Part shown: piece by piece, positions 17,233 to 26,926 of the stretch | Layout: each line of letters opens with the position of its first letter | Position numbering within the stretch: the stretch's first letter is position 1 | Assembly (NCBI GenBank): GCA_016929755.1 | Contig: JAFGIF010000146.1 | Location: 1 to 44,699 of the forward strand | DNA length: 44,699 nt | DNA from: Deltaproteobacteria bacterium | GTDB taxonomy: Bacteria; Desulfobacterota; Desulfomonilia; UBA1062 | Reading direction: 5' to 3' | The notes under the pieces: generated by a model | Database searches by the model: none | Told to the model about the DNA's origin: nothing | The model's input: the letters and a program-made list of their open reading frames with translations, nothing else | Program-made: the position numbers and the translations under genes

Positions 17233-19800
17233 TTAAGAGTCTTGCGGGAATTCCTCTTTGATCTTGTTTTTCAATGTGTAGAGCAAATTCAGGGCATCGA
17301 TAGGTTTCATGCTTTCCAGGTCAAGCCCCATTATCTCCCTGATAATGAAATTGCCATTGGATTCAAACAGGCTGCTCTGAACCGGGAGAACTTCTTGTAT
17401 GCCGGGAACTGATTTCCCCTTGCGGCGAATACCGGACAGGACATTTTTGGCGTTTGCAATCACATCGTCCGGAATGCCGGCCAGCCGGGCTACATGAATA
17501 CCATAACTTTCCCCGATAGCACCCCGTTTGAGTTCTCTCAAGAATACAACATCATGTCCATTATCATCAACGGCCATGTGAAAATTCTTGATATTTTTAT
17601 GCCTGCGGGCCAGATCGGCAAGTTCATGATAGTGGGTGGCAAAAAACGTCCTGGTCTTGTGTTTATCAAGATATTCCGCCACTGCCCAGGCCAGGGACAT
17701 TCCATCGTAGGTTGATGTCCCTCTGCCGATCTCATCCAGGATCACAAGGCTCTGTTCAGTGGCATTATGAAGGATATCTGCTGTTTCGCTCATCTCCACC
17801 AGGAATGTGCTCTGACCGGCAGAGAGATTGTCTAAAGCGCCCACTCTGGTAAATATCCGGTCAACCAGGCCAAGTTTGGCTTTACCGGCAGGCACAAAAC
17901 AGCCGATCTGAGCCATAATTGCAATCAGGGCGATCTGCCGCATGTATGTCGATTTACCAGCCATGTTGGGGCCGGTTATGAGATGCAGCGTGTCCCGTTT
18001 GCCGTCGAACCTGCAATCATTAGGTACAAATTCCCCCACCTTTAACACCTGTTCGACCACAGGATGCCGGGCTGCCTTCAATTCAATTGTCCTGTCCTGT
18101 GTAATTAAGGGACGGGTGTATGACTTTTGCAGGGCAACCCAGGCAAAACATCCCAGCACATCAAGCGTTGCAAGGGCCTCGATCGTGCCCTTAAGATTGG
18201 GAATCTGTTCTATCACAAAAGCTCTCAATTCGCTGAAGATCCGTGTTTCTATTTGATTGATAGCCTCCTGGGCGCCAAGCAGTTTTGCCTCATACTCCTT
18301 GAGTTCAGGAGTAATAAACCGTTCTGCATTGATGAGGGTCTGCTTGCGTATGTAATTCTCCGGCACTTTGTCAGCATATGACTTGGTCACCTCGATATAA
18401 TAACCAAAGACCTTGTTGTAGCCTATTTTCAATGAGGCGATTTTGGTCCTCTGCTTTTCCTGGGCTTCCAGTGAAGCAATCCACTTTCTGGAATCACTCC
18501 TGATTGAACGCAATTCATCCAGCTCCGCATCGATGCCCACAGTAATAACATTCCCGTCAGACAGTTTTGCCGGTGGTTCAGACACAATGGTAGCCTTGAT
18601 TCTTTCCGATATATGTTCCTGAAATACCATCTGATGCATAAGATTGATCAACATCGTTGAAGTTACATCGAAAAGCAGTTTCTGAATCCTGGGAACCTGA
18701 TCAAGGCCAGCGGCAAGTGCTATGAAATCCCTGGGGGATGCTCTATTTGCCGAAACCCTTCCCAGAATGCGTTCCATATCCGGGATATCGCTCAAAAAAT
18801 CCCTCAATCCATTGAGGATGTCGACTCTCGGAACAAAATCACCCACCGCATCCAGACGAGCGTCGATCTCGATCACATCCATAAGGGGAAAGGCCAGCCA
18901 ATCCGACAGTTTTCTGGCACCCATCGAGGTAGTGGTAGCATTGATCATGTGGAATAAGGTATCGCTGTTATTTCTTGCGATGGATTCAAAAAGTTCGAGG
19001 TTACGCTTGGTGTTGGCACCCAGGATCATGTACTTGCCCGGATTATAATAGCGAAGCCCCGTGATGTGGGCCAGAATTCCCTTCTGCGTCTCTTTCACAT
19101 ATTCCAGGATCATACCCGCAGATACCAGTGCTGCAGCATGCTCCTGAAGCCCCAGGCCTTCCACACCGAGCGTCTTGAAGTGAGATCTAACAACCGCTTT
19201 TGCCGTTCTTTCGTCCATCGGCAGATCCATTGAAGTCACATACAGGCCTTCCGGAACAATATCGGGCTGCATTGTCAATACCTCACTGGGCGATATCCGG
19301 TTGACCTCGCTGATAAAATCCTGATGGGACCTCACCTCGGTCACACGGAAATCACCGGTAGATATATCCAGAAAAGCGACACCATACGAACTGGATCTGC
19401 AGTGCGAATATACAGCCATCAGGTAATTGGATTTTTGACTGTCCAACTGATTGTCTTCAACAATCAGTCCCGGGGTGATCACCTGAACTACCTCGCGCGG
19501 CATCAGACCATGGACAGCATCAGATGCACTTCCCTGCTCGCAAACGGCAACTTTTTTACCTTCACGGATCAGCTTTGCAATGTAGGGTGAGGCGCTGTGG
19601 TAGGGCAAACCGCACATGGGTACAGGATTTTCTTTGGCCTTGTCTCTTGTGGTAAGCGCAAGCCCCAGAATTTTCGAGGCAACCAGGGCGTCTTCAAAAA
19701 ACATCTCGTAGAAATCCCCCATGCGATAAAACAGAATAACATCCCGGTAGTTTTTTTTGATCTGAAGATACTGTTGCATCATGGGTGTGAGCTTACTCAT
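17233..19800 (-). CDS. mutS: DNA mismatch repair protein MutS
   Basis: LTPMMQQY, RMGDFYEMF, TGPNMAGKST, STFLVEM, ILDEIGRGTST and SYGIHVARLAG. Probable start is the ATG at 19800. Confidence 0.97.
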   Translation of the reverse strand: MSKLTPMMQQYLQIKKNYRDVILFYRMGDFYEMFFEDALVASKILGLALTTRDKAKENPVPMCGLPYHSASPYIAKLIREGKKVAVCEQGSASDAVHGLMPREVVQVITPGLIVEDNQLDSQKSNYLMAVYSHCRSSSYGVAFLDISTGDFRVTEVRSHQDFISEVNRISPSEVLTMQPDIVPEGLYVTSMDLPMDERTAKAVVRSHFKTLGVEGLGLQEHAAALVSAGMILEYVKETQKGILAHITGLRYYNPGKYMILGANTKRNLELFESIARNNSDTLFHMINATTTSMGARKLSDWLAFPLMDVIEIDARLDAVGDFVPRVDILNGLRDFLSDIPDMERILGRVSANRASPRDFIALAAGLDQVPRIQKLLFDVTSTMLINLMHQMVFQEHISERIKATIVSEPPAKLSDGNVITVGIDAELDELRSIRSDSRKWIASLEAQEKQRTKIASLKIGYNKVFGYYIEVTKSYADKVPENYIRKQTLINAERFITPELKEYEAKLLGAQEAINQIETRIFSELRAFVIEQIPNLKGTIEALATLDVLGCFAWVALQKSYTRPLITQDRTIELKAARHPVVEQVLKVGEFVPNDCRFDGKRDTLHLITGPNMAGKSTYMRQIALIAIMAQIGCFVPAGKAKLGLVDRIFTRVGALDNLSAGQSTFLVEMSETADILHNATEQSLVILDEIGRGTSTYDGMSLAWAVAEYLDKHKTRTFFATHYHELADLARRHKNIKNFHMAVDDNGHDVVFLRELKRGAIGESYGIHVARLAGIPDDVIANAKNVLSGIRRKGKSVPGIQEVLPVQSSLFESNGNFIIREIMGLDLESMKPIDALNLLYTLKNKIKEEFPQDS

Positions 19801-20149
19801 GAACACGCCTCTTCCTGCGCTCATCCTCTTCATGCATCTCGAGACGTGTCCTGTTTTTCAGACGTCTGGCAAACTCGGGATGATTAAAATATGGATTGAT
19901 AGTTTCAAAAAATGATTGCTTCATCCCTTTTTTGGTCTGTTCAAGATCTCGCTCGCAAACGGCCGGTTTCTCAAAGACCCTGGTCCTCCTGATGTGATCC
20001 CCGCAATAAGTAAGCAATTCATGATCTTCATCATCCAGCAACAGTATTATGCTGAATTCCAGACGCACCATATACAAGTCTCCGGAAAGATTTTTTGTCT
20101 TATCCTCCACGATCACTCTTACGCCACCGGCAAATTCATGTTCTTCCAT
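19793..20149 (-). CDS. Hypothetical protein, overlapping the mutS start
   Basis: 118 aa ORF filling the gap between fliR and mutS, with an 8-bp overlap of mutS. Confidence 0.7.
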   Translation of the reverse strand: MEEHEFAGGVRVIVEDKTKNLSGDLYMVRLEFSIILLLDDEDHELLTYCGDHIRRTRVFEKPAVCERDLEQTKKGMKQSFFETINPYFNHPEFARRLKNRTRLEMHEEDERRKRRVHE

Positions 20150-20208
20150 ATGCCTGAAGATAATATGAGGTGTACCATAAAATCAAGAGCAAGCCGTATT
20201 ATTGTGGA

Positions 20209-20991
20209 TCAAAAAATTGACAGTGCGGTTTTCATGAATTCCCATGACTGGTAAAGTGCTGCCTCGAAGAAAAATGGCATGGTCTTGATGACCACGATCA
20301 TGAAGATCAAACCCACACAGATAATAAGTGGAAAGCTCATCAGAAAAACATTCATCTGGGGGATGGCTCTGGCGGTAAGAGCAAAGGTCACCTGTAACAG
20401 CAACAACACCCCGATAATCGGAGCTACAACTTTTAATGCTATAACAAACATCGTAGCTGCATAAGTTATAAGGGCGGACAAGTAACCCTGATTCGGCAAA
20501 GAGCTCTCGATTGGCACCATTGTGAAACTTTCCACAAGGGCCTTGATCAGAAGGTGATGTCCGCCGAATGAGAGAAACAGAAGCAGAGCCACGATATAGA
20601 ACATATTAGCCGTAATGGGGGCATCGGCTCCGGTCATAGGATCGACCACATTGGCGATTGCAAACCCCATCTGAAATCCGGCGAGTTGCCCGGCAATCTG
20701 GAATCCGGCGAAAATAAGACTCACCGCCAGACCGAGACAGAGCCCGATCAAAAGCTCGTGCAGCATAAGCACCAGCAAAAAAAGCACACTAATATCAGAC
20801 ATGGCCACTGTAAGGGGTGGGATAACGGGCATCAGTACCAGGCTTAAAAAAAAGGCGATCAAGGCTGTGATACTGCGTGGTATAATTTCGGCGCTGAACA
20901 CCGGCACCGAGGTAAAGATAATTCCCACCCGGATAAAGATAAACACAAACGTGATAAAATCCGGCCAGGCAATATTCAGAAGTTCTTTCAT
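20209..20991 (-). CDS. fliR: Flagellar export gate protein FliR
   Basis: AGQLAGFQMGFAIANVVDP, GGHHLLI and RAIPQMNVF. Confidence 0.95.
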   Translation of the reverse strand: MKELLNIAWPDFITFVFIFIRVGIIFTSVPVFSAEIIPRSITALIAFFLSLVLMPVIPPLTVAMSDISVLFLLVLMLHELLIGLCLGLAVSLIFAGFQIAGQLAGFQMGFAIANVVDPMTGADAPITANMFYIVALLLFLSFGGHHLLIKALVESFTMVPIESSLPNQGYLSALITYAATMFVIALKVVAPIIGVLLLLQVTFALTARAIPQMNVFLMSFPLIICVGLIFMIVVIKTMPFFFEAALYQSWEFMKTALSIF

Positions 20992-21257
20992 CGTATTAGC
21001 TGGGGAATTGTACTGTAAAGATTAATGGTGAATGTAGTAAGTTTTTCAATAAGCCATGGGAATGAGACCAGTAACGCGAGGAGCACCACGACAATTTTAG
21101 GCACAAAGGTCAGCGTCATTTCCTGGATCTGGGTAACAGCGGAAAAAACACTCACCGTCAGACCTACGATGAGCCCCAGAATCAGCATGGGAGATCCGAT
21201 GAGAAGGGCCAGCATGATTGTTTCTGACATGAGAGATGTAATAGTTTCAGGCGTCAT
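20988..21257 (-). CDS. fliQ: Flagellar export gate protein FliQ
   Basis: AVTQIQEMTLTFVPK. Confidence 0.95.
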   Translation of the reverse strand: MTPETITSLMSETIMLALLIGSPMLILGLIVGLTVSVFSAVTQIQEMTLTFVPKIVVVLLALLVSFPWLIEKLTTFTINLYSTIPQLIR

Positions 21258-22015
21258 GTCAAAAACCCCTTGATTATAGATCCCATCAACAAATTCCAGC
21301 CATCGACCAAGACAAACAGCATAATCTTAAAGGGCAACGATATCATAATGGGCGGCAACATCATCATGCCCATAGAAAGCAGTATTGATGCCACCACCAT
21401 ATCGATTATCAAAAATGGTATAAACAGAATGAATCCGATCTGAAACGCGGTTTTTAATTCACTTATCATAAATGCAGGAATCAGAGCCCTGGTGGGGACA
21501 TCTTCTTTGTTTTGCGGTTTTTTATGGTCGATAATACTTATAAATAATGCCAGATCCTTTTCTCTGGTCTGCTTGAACATGAATTCTCGTAAGGGTTCCT
21601 CGGCGTTTTCTAATGCCTGTTCAAACGAAATGTAGCCGTTGCGGTATGGAGTCAATGCATTCTCCGTGACCTGGTCGATGGTCGGAGTCATGATAAAGAA
21701 AGTCAGAAAAATTGCCAGTCCGGTCAAAACCTGCATGGGCGGCATTTGCTGTGTTCCCAATGCCTGGCGCAGAAATCCCATGACTACGATAATCCTGGTA
21801 AACGAAGTGACCATGATCATAATCGATGGAGCCAGAGCCAGAATGGTCAGAATAAACAATACCTGAAGTGCTCCCACCACCTCTTCAGGGTTACCGGCTT
21901 CATGGATGCCGAGATTGATATCGGGTATGGTTATCCCTTGGGCAAACAGAGTGCATGGTGCAACAGTGCTAAAGATCACAACAAAAAAGAGCAGTAATAT
22001 ATGTCTTAATTTCAT
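21254..22015 (-). CDS. fliP: Flagellar export gate protein FliP
   Basis: TSFTRIIVV, LGTQQMPP, ISELKTAFQIGF and GMMMLPP. Probable start is the ATG at 22015 (ATGA overlap with fliO), giving a signal peptide. Confidence 0.95.
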   Translation of the reverse strand: MKLRHILLLFFVVIFSTVAPCTLFAQGITIPDINLGIHEAGNPEEVVGALQVLFILTILALAPSIMIMVTSFTRIIVVMGFLRQALGTQQMPPMQVLTGLAIFLTFFIMTPTIDQVTENALTPYRNGYISFEQALENAEEPLREFMFKQTREKDLALFISIIDHKKPQNKEDVPTRALIPAFMISELKTAFQIGFILFIPFLIIDMVVASILLSMGMMMLPPIMISLPFKIMLFVLVDGWNLLMGSIIKGFLT

Positions 22016-22389
22016 ATCTTGCTGGAGTCTCCATCGAGACCGGTATTCTTGAGCGTCTGCTCGAAATTTCCTTCTCCCAGGTCTTTGACAAGCGAGACAC
22101 TGTTGGATGTGACTCCCAGCAGTAGAATCGAACTGCCAACCTTGACAAGGGCCAGGGTGGCTTTTGTGCTCAGTGCGACCTGCCCCAGAATATCGAGCCC
22201 CAGAGATTTTCTTACCCTGGCCACCGGTCCGTAGCGCTTGAGCGCCCATGCCCCGGCAAACAAAACCACGATGATAATCAAAAGGATTGAAAATGCTTTC
22301 AGGCCGACTCCGGCGAGCGGTTCTTCAACTGCAAAAAGCGGTTGAACAAAGACAATCAGATACACGCCAATGACGCATAATATCCGCAT
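22012..22389 (-). CDS. fliO: Flagellar biosynthesis protein FliO
   Basis: Lies between fliN and fliP; TM helix followed by LALVKVGSSILLLGVT. Confidence 0.85.
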   Translation of the reverse strand: MRILCVIGVYLIVFVQPLFAVEEPLAGVGLKAFSILLIIIVVLFAGAWALKRYGPVARVRKSLGLDILGQVALSTKATLALVKVGSSILLLGVTSNSVSLVKDLGEGNFEQTLKNTGLDGDSSKI

Positions 22390-22940
22390 TATTGCAACCT
22401 CTTGACTCTCTCCAAAGGACTCACGATATCGGTAAGCCTGATGCCGAACTTTTCCCCAACCACCACCACTTCACCCCGGGCTATCAATTTGTGGTTCACC
22501 AAGATATCCAGAGGCTCTCCTGCCTGTTTGTTCAGCTCGATTACTGAACCCTGACCAAGCTTTAACAGATCATTGATGAGCATTCGGGTACTACCCATCT
22601 CCACCGTAAGTTCAAGCGGAATATCCATGATAAAGTCAAGACTCCTTTTCGAATGTTCAGCATCATCCCCGGTCAGGTTGGAGAAATGTGGTTTGGCTAC
22701 ACCGAAATCATCATGCATTGAAATCTCCTCTTGCAAATTCTGTTCTGATATATCATCGGATCCAAGCTCGCGGGATGGATGCTGCGTCAACTGTTCCCGA
22801 TCAACATTTGCAGAATTCTCATCTGCCATGAAATCATCCAAATCTTCCTTGGAAAAAAGCTCACCCATTGTGTTCTCGCCAATGTCTGCTACATGCCCAA
22901 TAGCTTCTCTTTCCATGGTTTGTTTTTCCTCTTCAGTCAT
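22389..22940 (-). CDS. fliN: Flagellar motor switch protein FliN
   Basis: MDIPLELTVEMG, GSVIELNKQAGEPLDILVN and GEVVVVGEKFGIR. Confidence 0.95.
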   Translation of the reverse strand: MTEEEKQTMEREAIGHVADIGENTMGELFSKEDLDDFMADENSANVDREQLTQHPSRELGSDDISEQNLQEEISMHDDFGVAKPHFSNLTGDDAEHSKRSLDFIMDIPLELTVEMGSTRMLINDLLKLGQGSVIELNKQAGEPLDILVNHKLIARGEVVVVGEKFGIRLTDIVSPLERVKRLQ

Positions 22941-22950
22941 ATTCCCCTCC

Positions 22951-23943
22951 TTAGTGGTCCTGAGTTTCCAATGCCTTGGCGATTTCTACCGCCAGATTAT
23001 CCTTGGACCTTCCTGGTTTTCCGAAAAACTTCGGCAGTCCCTGAACCTTTATCTGCAAAACATCATTGACATATGTATCGAGCACAAGCACATCCCCGGG
23101 TTTCAAAGAAGAAAGTTCACGGGGGGATAAACTGGTGTTACCGAGATCTATGGTCAAATCCACAGCAACATTCATCAGTTCACGCTTAAAACGGTTGAGC
23201 CAGATATCATCGATTTTTACTTTTTCATTCGAAGAAAAGCTGGCATAGAGTCTGTCCCGAATCGGGTCGATAAGCATATAGGGAATGCAAACCATAATGT
23301 TTCCGCTTATATCATCCATGTCCACATCAAACTGCATGACAATAAGTACATCATCATTCGGGATTATACCGGCGAACTGGGGATTCATTTCACTTCTAAC
23401 ATATGAAAAATTAAGTTCATATACCGGCTTCCAGGCATTCTCCAATTCCTTGATCGCGGCGTCCACCACCTTGGTCAGCATGCGTTGTTCAATCGAGGTA
23501 AACTCCCGGCCTTCGATCTTCATTCCGCCGTAACCTCGGCCGCCGAAAAAACAATCGACCAAGGCAAACACCAGTTTGGTCTCCAAAACCACCAGGGCAT
23601 TTCCCCGTAGAGGTTCTATATTGATAATATGTATACTTGTGGGAACTGCCAGCGATCTCATAAAGTTGCCAAACTTAAGGCTGTCCAGCGAGATCGGCGT
23701 AACATCCACAATGCGTCTGAGCATATTTGACAGGGTATTTCTGAAAAACCGTGAAAATCGATCATTAATCGCATCCAGAGATGGCATGCGCCCACGAATT
23801 ACCTTATCCTGGGTGAAAAAATCATAAAGCTGCGATTCTCCACTTTCTCTTTCAACAGGAATGGCTGTTTCTGTCTCGATTTCTCCTGCCACAACGCCCT
23901 TTAACAGCGCATCAACTTCTTCCTGGCTTAAAATCTGACCCAT
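22951..23943 (-). CDS. fliM: Flagellar motor switch protein FliM
   Basis: CheY-binding motif ILSQEEVDALL, plus FFGG, REFTSIE and RSEMNPQF. Confidence 0.95.
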   Translation of the reverse strand: MGQILSQEEVDALLKGVVAGEIETETAIPVERESGESQLYDFFTQDKVIRGRMPSLDAINDRFSRFFRNTLSNMLRRIVDVTPISLDSLKFGNFMRSLAVPTSIHIINIEPLRGNALVVLETKLVFALVDCFFGGRGYGGMKIEGREFTSIEQRMLTKVVDAAIKELENAWKPVYELNFSYVRSEMNPQFAGIIPNDDVLIVMQFDVDMDDISGNIMVCIPYMLIDPIRDRLYASFSSNEKVKIDDIWLNRFKRELMNVAVDLTIDLGNTSLSPRELSSLKPGDVLVLDTYVNDVLQIKVQGLPKFFGKPGRSKDNLAVEIAKALETQDH

Positions 23944-23952
23944 AAAATCTCC

Positions 23953-24501
23953 TTACTGAACGACAAATTCGGTAAAATAAACTCTGTTGATCTGCCCGGT
24001 GCTCAAATACCTGTTGATCCCGCTGACGACACTGTGTTTCAAGGTTCGTTTCCCGTCAATTGTGGCCACATCATCAAATGATTTGCTGGAGAGCATAAGG
24101 ATAATTTCATCCCGGATCTGGGGCATCTTTTCGTCAATTTCAGCGACAAGCGAATCCTTACTCATCTCCAACTGCATTACCACCTTTAAATAGCGGGCAC
24201 CCTTATCATCCGTGAGGTTTACAATGAAAGAATCCAATTGCATGGTCGGGCCCATAGGATCGGAGAACTGCCCCCCCATACTCTTCGAGGAAACTTTTGC
24301 CTGAGCTTGTTTTGGGGCCAATGATTTCCGGGCTGTTATCTCATCTGCATTTTCTATACTTTTCGGCATAAAAATGACAAAATAGCCGGCAACTGCCGTG
24401 CCTGCCAGAATAAACAGAATCAAAACAATAAAAATAAACTTAAGAGATGATCTCTTCTTTTTTGGAGTTTCTTCTTTTAATTCTTCAATGTTCTCAGACA
24501 T
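23953..24501 (-). CDS. fliL: Flagellar basal body-associated protein FliL
   Basis: N-terminal TM, FIVNL, RYLKV, PQIRD and VYFTEFVVQ. Confidence 0.93.
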   Translation of the reverse strand: MSENIEELKEETPKKKRSSLKFIFIVLILFILAGTAVAGYFVIFMPKSIENADEITARKSLAPKQAQAKVSSKSMGGQFSDPMGPTMQLDSFIVNLTDDKGARYLKVVMQLEMSKDSLVAEIDEKMPQIRDEIILMLSSKSFDDVATIDGKRTLKHSVVSGINRYLSTGQINRVYFTEFVVQ

Positions 24502-24510
24502 TAAGACCTC

Positions 24511-25230
24511 CTACATCCGATATTTTAGCAGCACGATTTCTACCCGCCTGTTTTTTGCCATATCCTCTTCGACCGAATTGCCGGCTACGGGCCTTGTTGA
24601 TCCATAACCGGCTATACCGAAGCGTATCGGTGACATCCCGGCGCTATAAATAAAATAATTCAGAACACGCTCGGCTCTCTTGAGAGACAATGTTCGATTG
24701 ACTTCTTGGCTGCCCATTGCGTCTGTATGCCCATCAATAGAAATAAAGGAATCGGTTTCTTTCAGAGTATTTGCTATAGAATACAGCACCGGCAGCGCAT
24801 CGTTTTTTAGCCTGTCCGAACCACTGTCAAACAGAATATCACTACTTACCTTGATAACAAATCCTCTGGAAGACTCTCGAACCTCAATCGGATTTATCCC
24901 ATTCCCGGATATTCCTCTCAACTCTTCCTCCTCAAGCGCATGCAGCAAGTGTCCGTTTAATGTCGCAGCATCGAGGGTTTTGTTTTCCGGTATCGGATCG
25001 GGCAGGGTCAGAAGTTCTGCTCCGCCTTGTTGGTCTGAAAATTCAAGCGGCCCTAATGCATCATTGAAAAATCCGAAAACCTCCCGAAATGCCTTTTCAT
25101 CCATGGATGACATGGAAATCAGGAGCACAAAAAAAGTGATCAAAAGCGTAACCATGTCGGAAAAAGTGGTCATCCAGCCGTCGGTTTTAGGAATATCAAT
25201 ATATAGAGGGCTTTTATTATTCCTGCTCAT
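24511..25230 (-). CDS. motB: Flagellar stator B subunit, canonical (Asp present)
   Basis: WMTTFSDMVTLLITFFVLL and an OmpA-like domain (DGHTD, LSLKRA, NRRVEI). Confidence 0.9.
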   Translation of the reverse strand: MSRNNKSPLYIDIPKTDGWMTTFSDMVTLLITFFVLLISMSSMDEKAFREVFGFFNDALGPLEFSDQQGGAELLTLPDPIPENKTLDAATLNGHLLHALEEEELRGISGNGINPIEVRESSRGFVIKVSSDILFDSGSDRLKNDALPVLYSIANTLKETDSFISIDGHTDAMGSQEVNRTLSLKRAERVLNYFIYSAGMSPIRFGIAGYGSTRPVAGNSVEEDMAKNRRVEIVLLKYRM

Positions 25231-26021
25231 TACTGCTCACCCATTCTGAATTTGAAGCCTTTGTATTGGAAAGTTCTTATCGGTTCTGTTGGTTGCTCCA
25301 TCAGCATTTTATTGTGTGGAGTGTCACCGGGCAAGTCTCCGACAACCGCAATTTCAACCCTTCTGTTCAAACGCCTGCCGTACTCGGTTGCATTTGAACT
25401 GATCGGCTCATGTGAACTCAAACCATATGCCGCCATGCGTTCATCCGGGATTCCCTTAGCTCGAAAATAATTAAGCACAGCCAGGGCTCTGGCTGAAGAA
25501 AGAGCCCAATTTGAGAAGAACGGAGGCTCCTCCACGGGAATTGAATCGGTATGCCCGGCAATTATGATATGATTGTCGATACGGTTAAAAATAGAAGCCA
25601 GCTCATCCAAGACCACATAAGCCTCTGCTTTGAAAGCGTCTGTTTCCTGTTCAAAAAGCACATTCGATTTTAAGGTGATAATAGTACCCTGTTTCCCCTC
25701 AGATACACCGAATCCGCTTGTACTGACGGTATTCTTCAGGACAGTCCGTATCTGGTTTAAATCAACCGTATCCGGGGTAACAGGACTCGGTTTACCCGGC
25801 ATATTCATTTTTTCCTCGGCATTGTATGGGCTGTGGCCACCGGGAAGAATCCCGAAGCTCCCCAGCAGGGAATTAAATGCCAAGCGTTGCTTGCGAAAAT
25901 CTTGAACTCCAACGGTGCTCAGGACAATAAAAAAGGTAAGCAGAATCAACATAAGCGAGGTAAACAACATGGCCGTTAAATCTCTTTTCGGCTGGACATG
26001 AACCTTTCTTATACGTACCAT
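25230..26021 (-). CDS. motB: Flagellar stator B-like subunit, atypical (Asp replaced by Ser)
   Basis: LFTSLMLILLTFFIVL and an OmpA-like domain (AGHTD, NWALSSARA, NRRVEI). Confidence 0.85.
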   Translation of the reverse strand: MVRIRKVHVQPKRDLTAMLFTSLMLILLTFFIVLSTVGVQDFRKQRLAFNSLLGSFGILPGGHSPYNAEEKMNMPGKPSPVTPDTVDLNQIRTVLKNTVSTSGFGVSEGKQGTIITLKSNVLFEQETDAFKAEAYVVLDELASIFNRIDNHIIIAGHTDSIPVEEPPFFSNWALSSARALAVLNYFRAKGIPDERMAAYGLSSHEPISSNATEYGRRLNRRVEIAVVGDLPGDTPHNKMLMEQPTEPIRTFQYKGFKFRMGEQ

Positions 26022-26023
26022 TC

Positions 26024-26800
26024 CTATTCACCCGACAGCCCGGCGGCGATTGTCCTGAGTTGCGGTGACAAATACGCATGGAGCTTGCGCTCCACGATTC
26101 GCGGATTATCCCCGGCTGATATTGACATGATCCCCTCAATAATCATTCCCTTCTCCAGGGCCTCTTCACTGGAACGTGCGCCAAGCTTACCCGCCATCGG
26201 CATTGCGATCATGTTTGCCAGGATTGAGCCATAGAATGTAGTCAGAAGAGCGACGGCCATCGCGGGACCTATTGAGGATGGATCAGACATGGATTGAAGC
26301 ATCTGCACCAATCCAATCAAAGTTCCGGCCATTCCCATTGCCGGGGCGAATGATCCGATAGAGTTCAGAATATCGGCACCCCGTTTATGACGTTGAGCAA
26401 TATGTTCTATCTCTGTTTCAAGAATGTCTCTGATTGCCTGAGGCTCTAAACCGTCAATAACCAGCTCCAAGCCCTGCTTGAAAAAGGGATCATTCAGTTC
26501 GTTTACGGCGCTTTCCAGGGCAAGTATGCCTTCTCGCCTGGCCCTAGTGGCAAAATCTACAAAGGTGGGAATCAATCCATTCGTATCATGTTTCTGGACA
26601 AAAAAAACATTCTTTATGACTCCTGCCACACCCAACACATCCCGGAGGGGATAATTGATAAAAATAATTCCAAAGGTGCCTCCCAGAACGATCATGAGAC
26701 TTGGCGTATTGATGAAAAGGGATAGGGGACCACCCGACATTATCCCCATAAAGATCATACCAAAGGCGAACACAACACCGATAATCGTTGCGAGATCCAT
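26024..26800 (-). CDS. motA: Flagellar stator A subunit (MotA/PomA-like)
   Basis: MDLATIIG, ARREGILALE, APAMGMAGTLIGLV and IGPAMAVALLTTFYG. Confidence 0.93.
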   Translation of the reverse strand: MDLATIIGVVFAFGMIFMGIMSGGPLSLFINTPSLMIVLGGTFGIIFINYPLRDVLGVAGVIKNVFFVQKHDTNGLIPTFVDFATRARREGILALESAVNELNDPFFKQGLELVIDGLEPQAIRDILETEIEHIAQRHKRGADILNSIGSFAPAMGMAGTLIGLVQMLQSMSDPSSIGPAMAVALLTTFYGSILANMIAMPMAGKLGARSSEEALEKGMIIEGIMSISAGDNPRIVERKLHAYLSPQLRTIAAGLSGE

Positions 26801-26834
26801 ACACACCCCTCACTTTATTCTTGAGGATCAAGGA

Positions 26835-26850
26835 AGCAAGGGATGTGCCA
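26835..26850 (-). promoter_or_regulatory. sigma54 promoter of the motA-fliR operon
   Basis: Minus strand reads TGGCAC-atccc-TTGCT, an exact -24/-12 consensus 35 bp upstream of motA. Confidence 0.85.
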
Positions 26851-26926
26851 TACCATCAAGATAATGAATTTAGACTGTATTTGTACAAATCGACAGGGAA
26901 TACTCTGCTAAATCATGACTGGAGAG

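Noticed and set aside
21254-22249. 331-aa FliP with a long N-terminal extension
   Set aside because: The extension lies inside fliO. The ATG at 22015 gives a normal signal peptide and an ATGA overlap.
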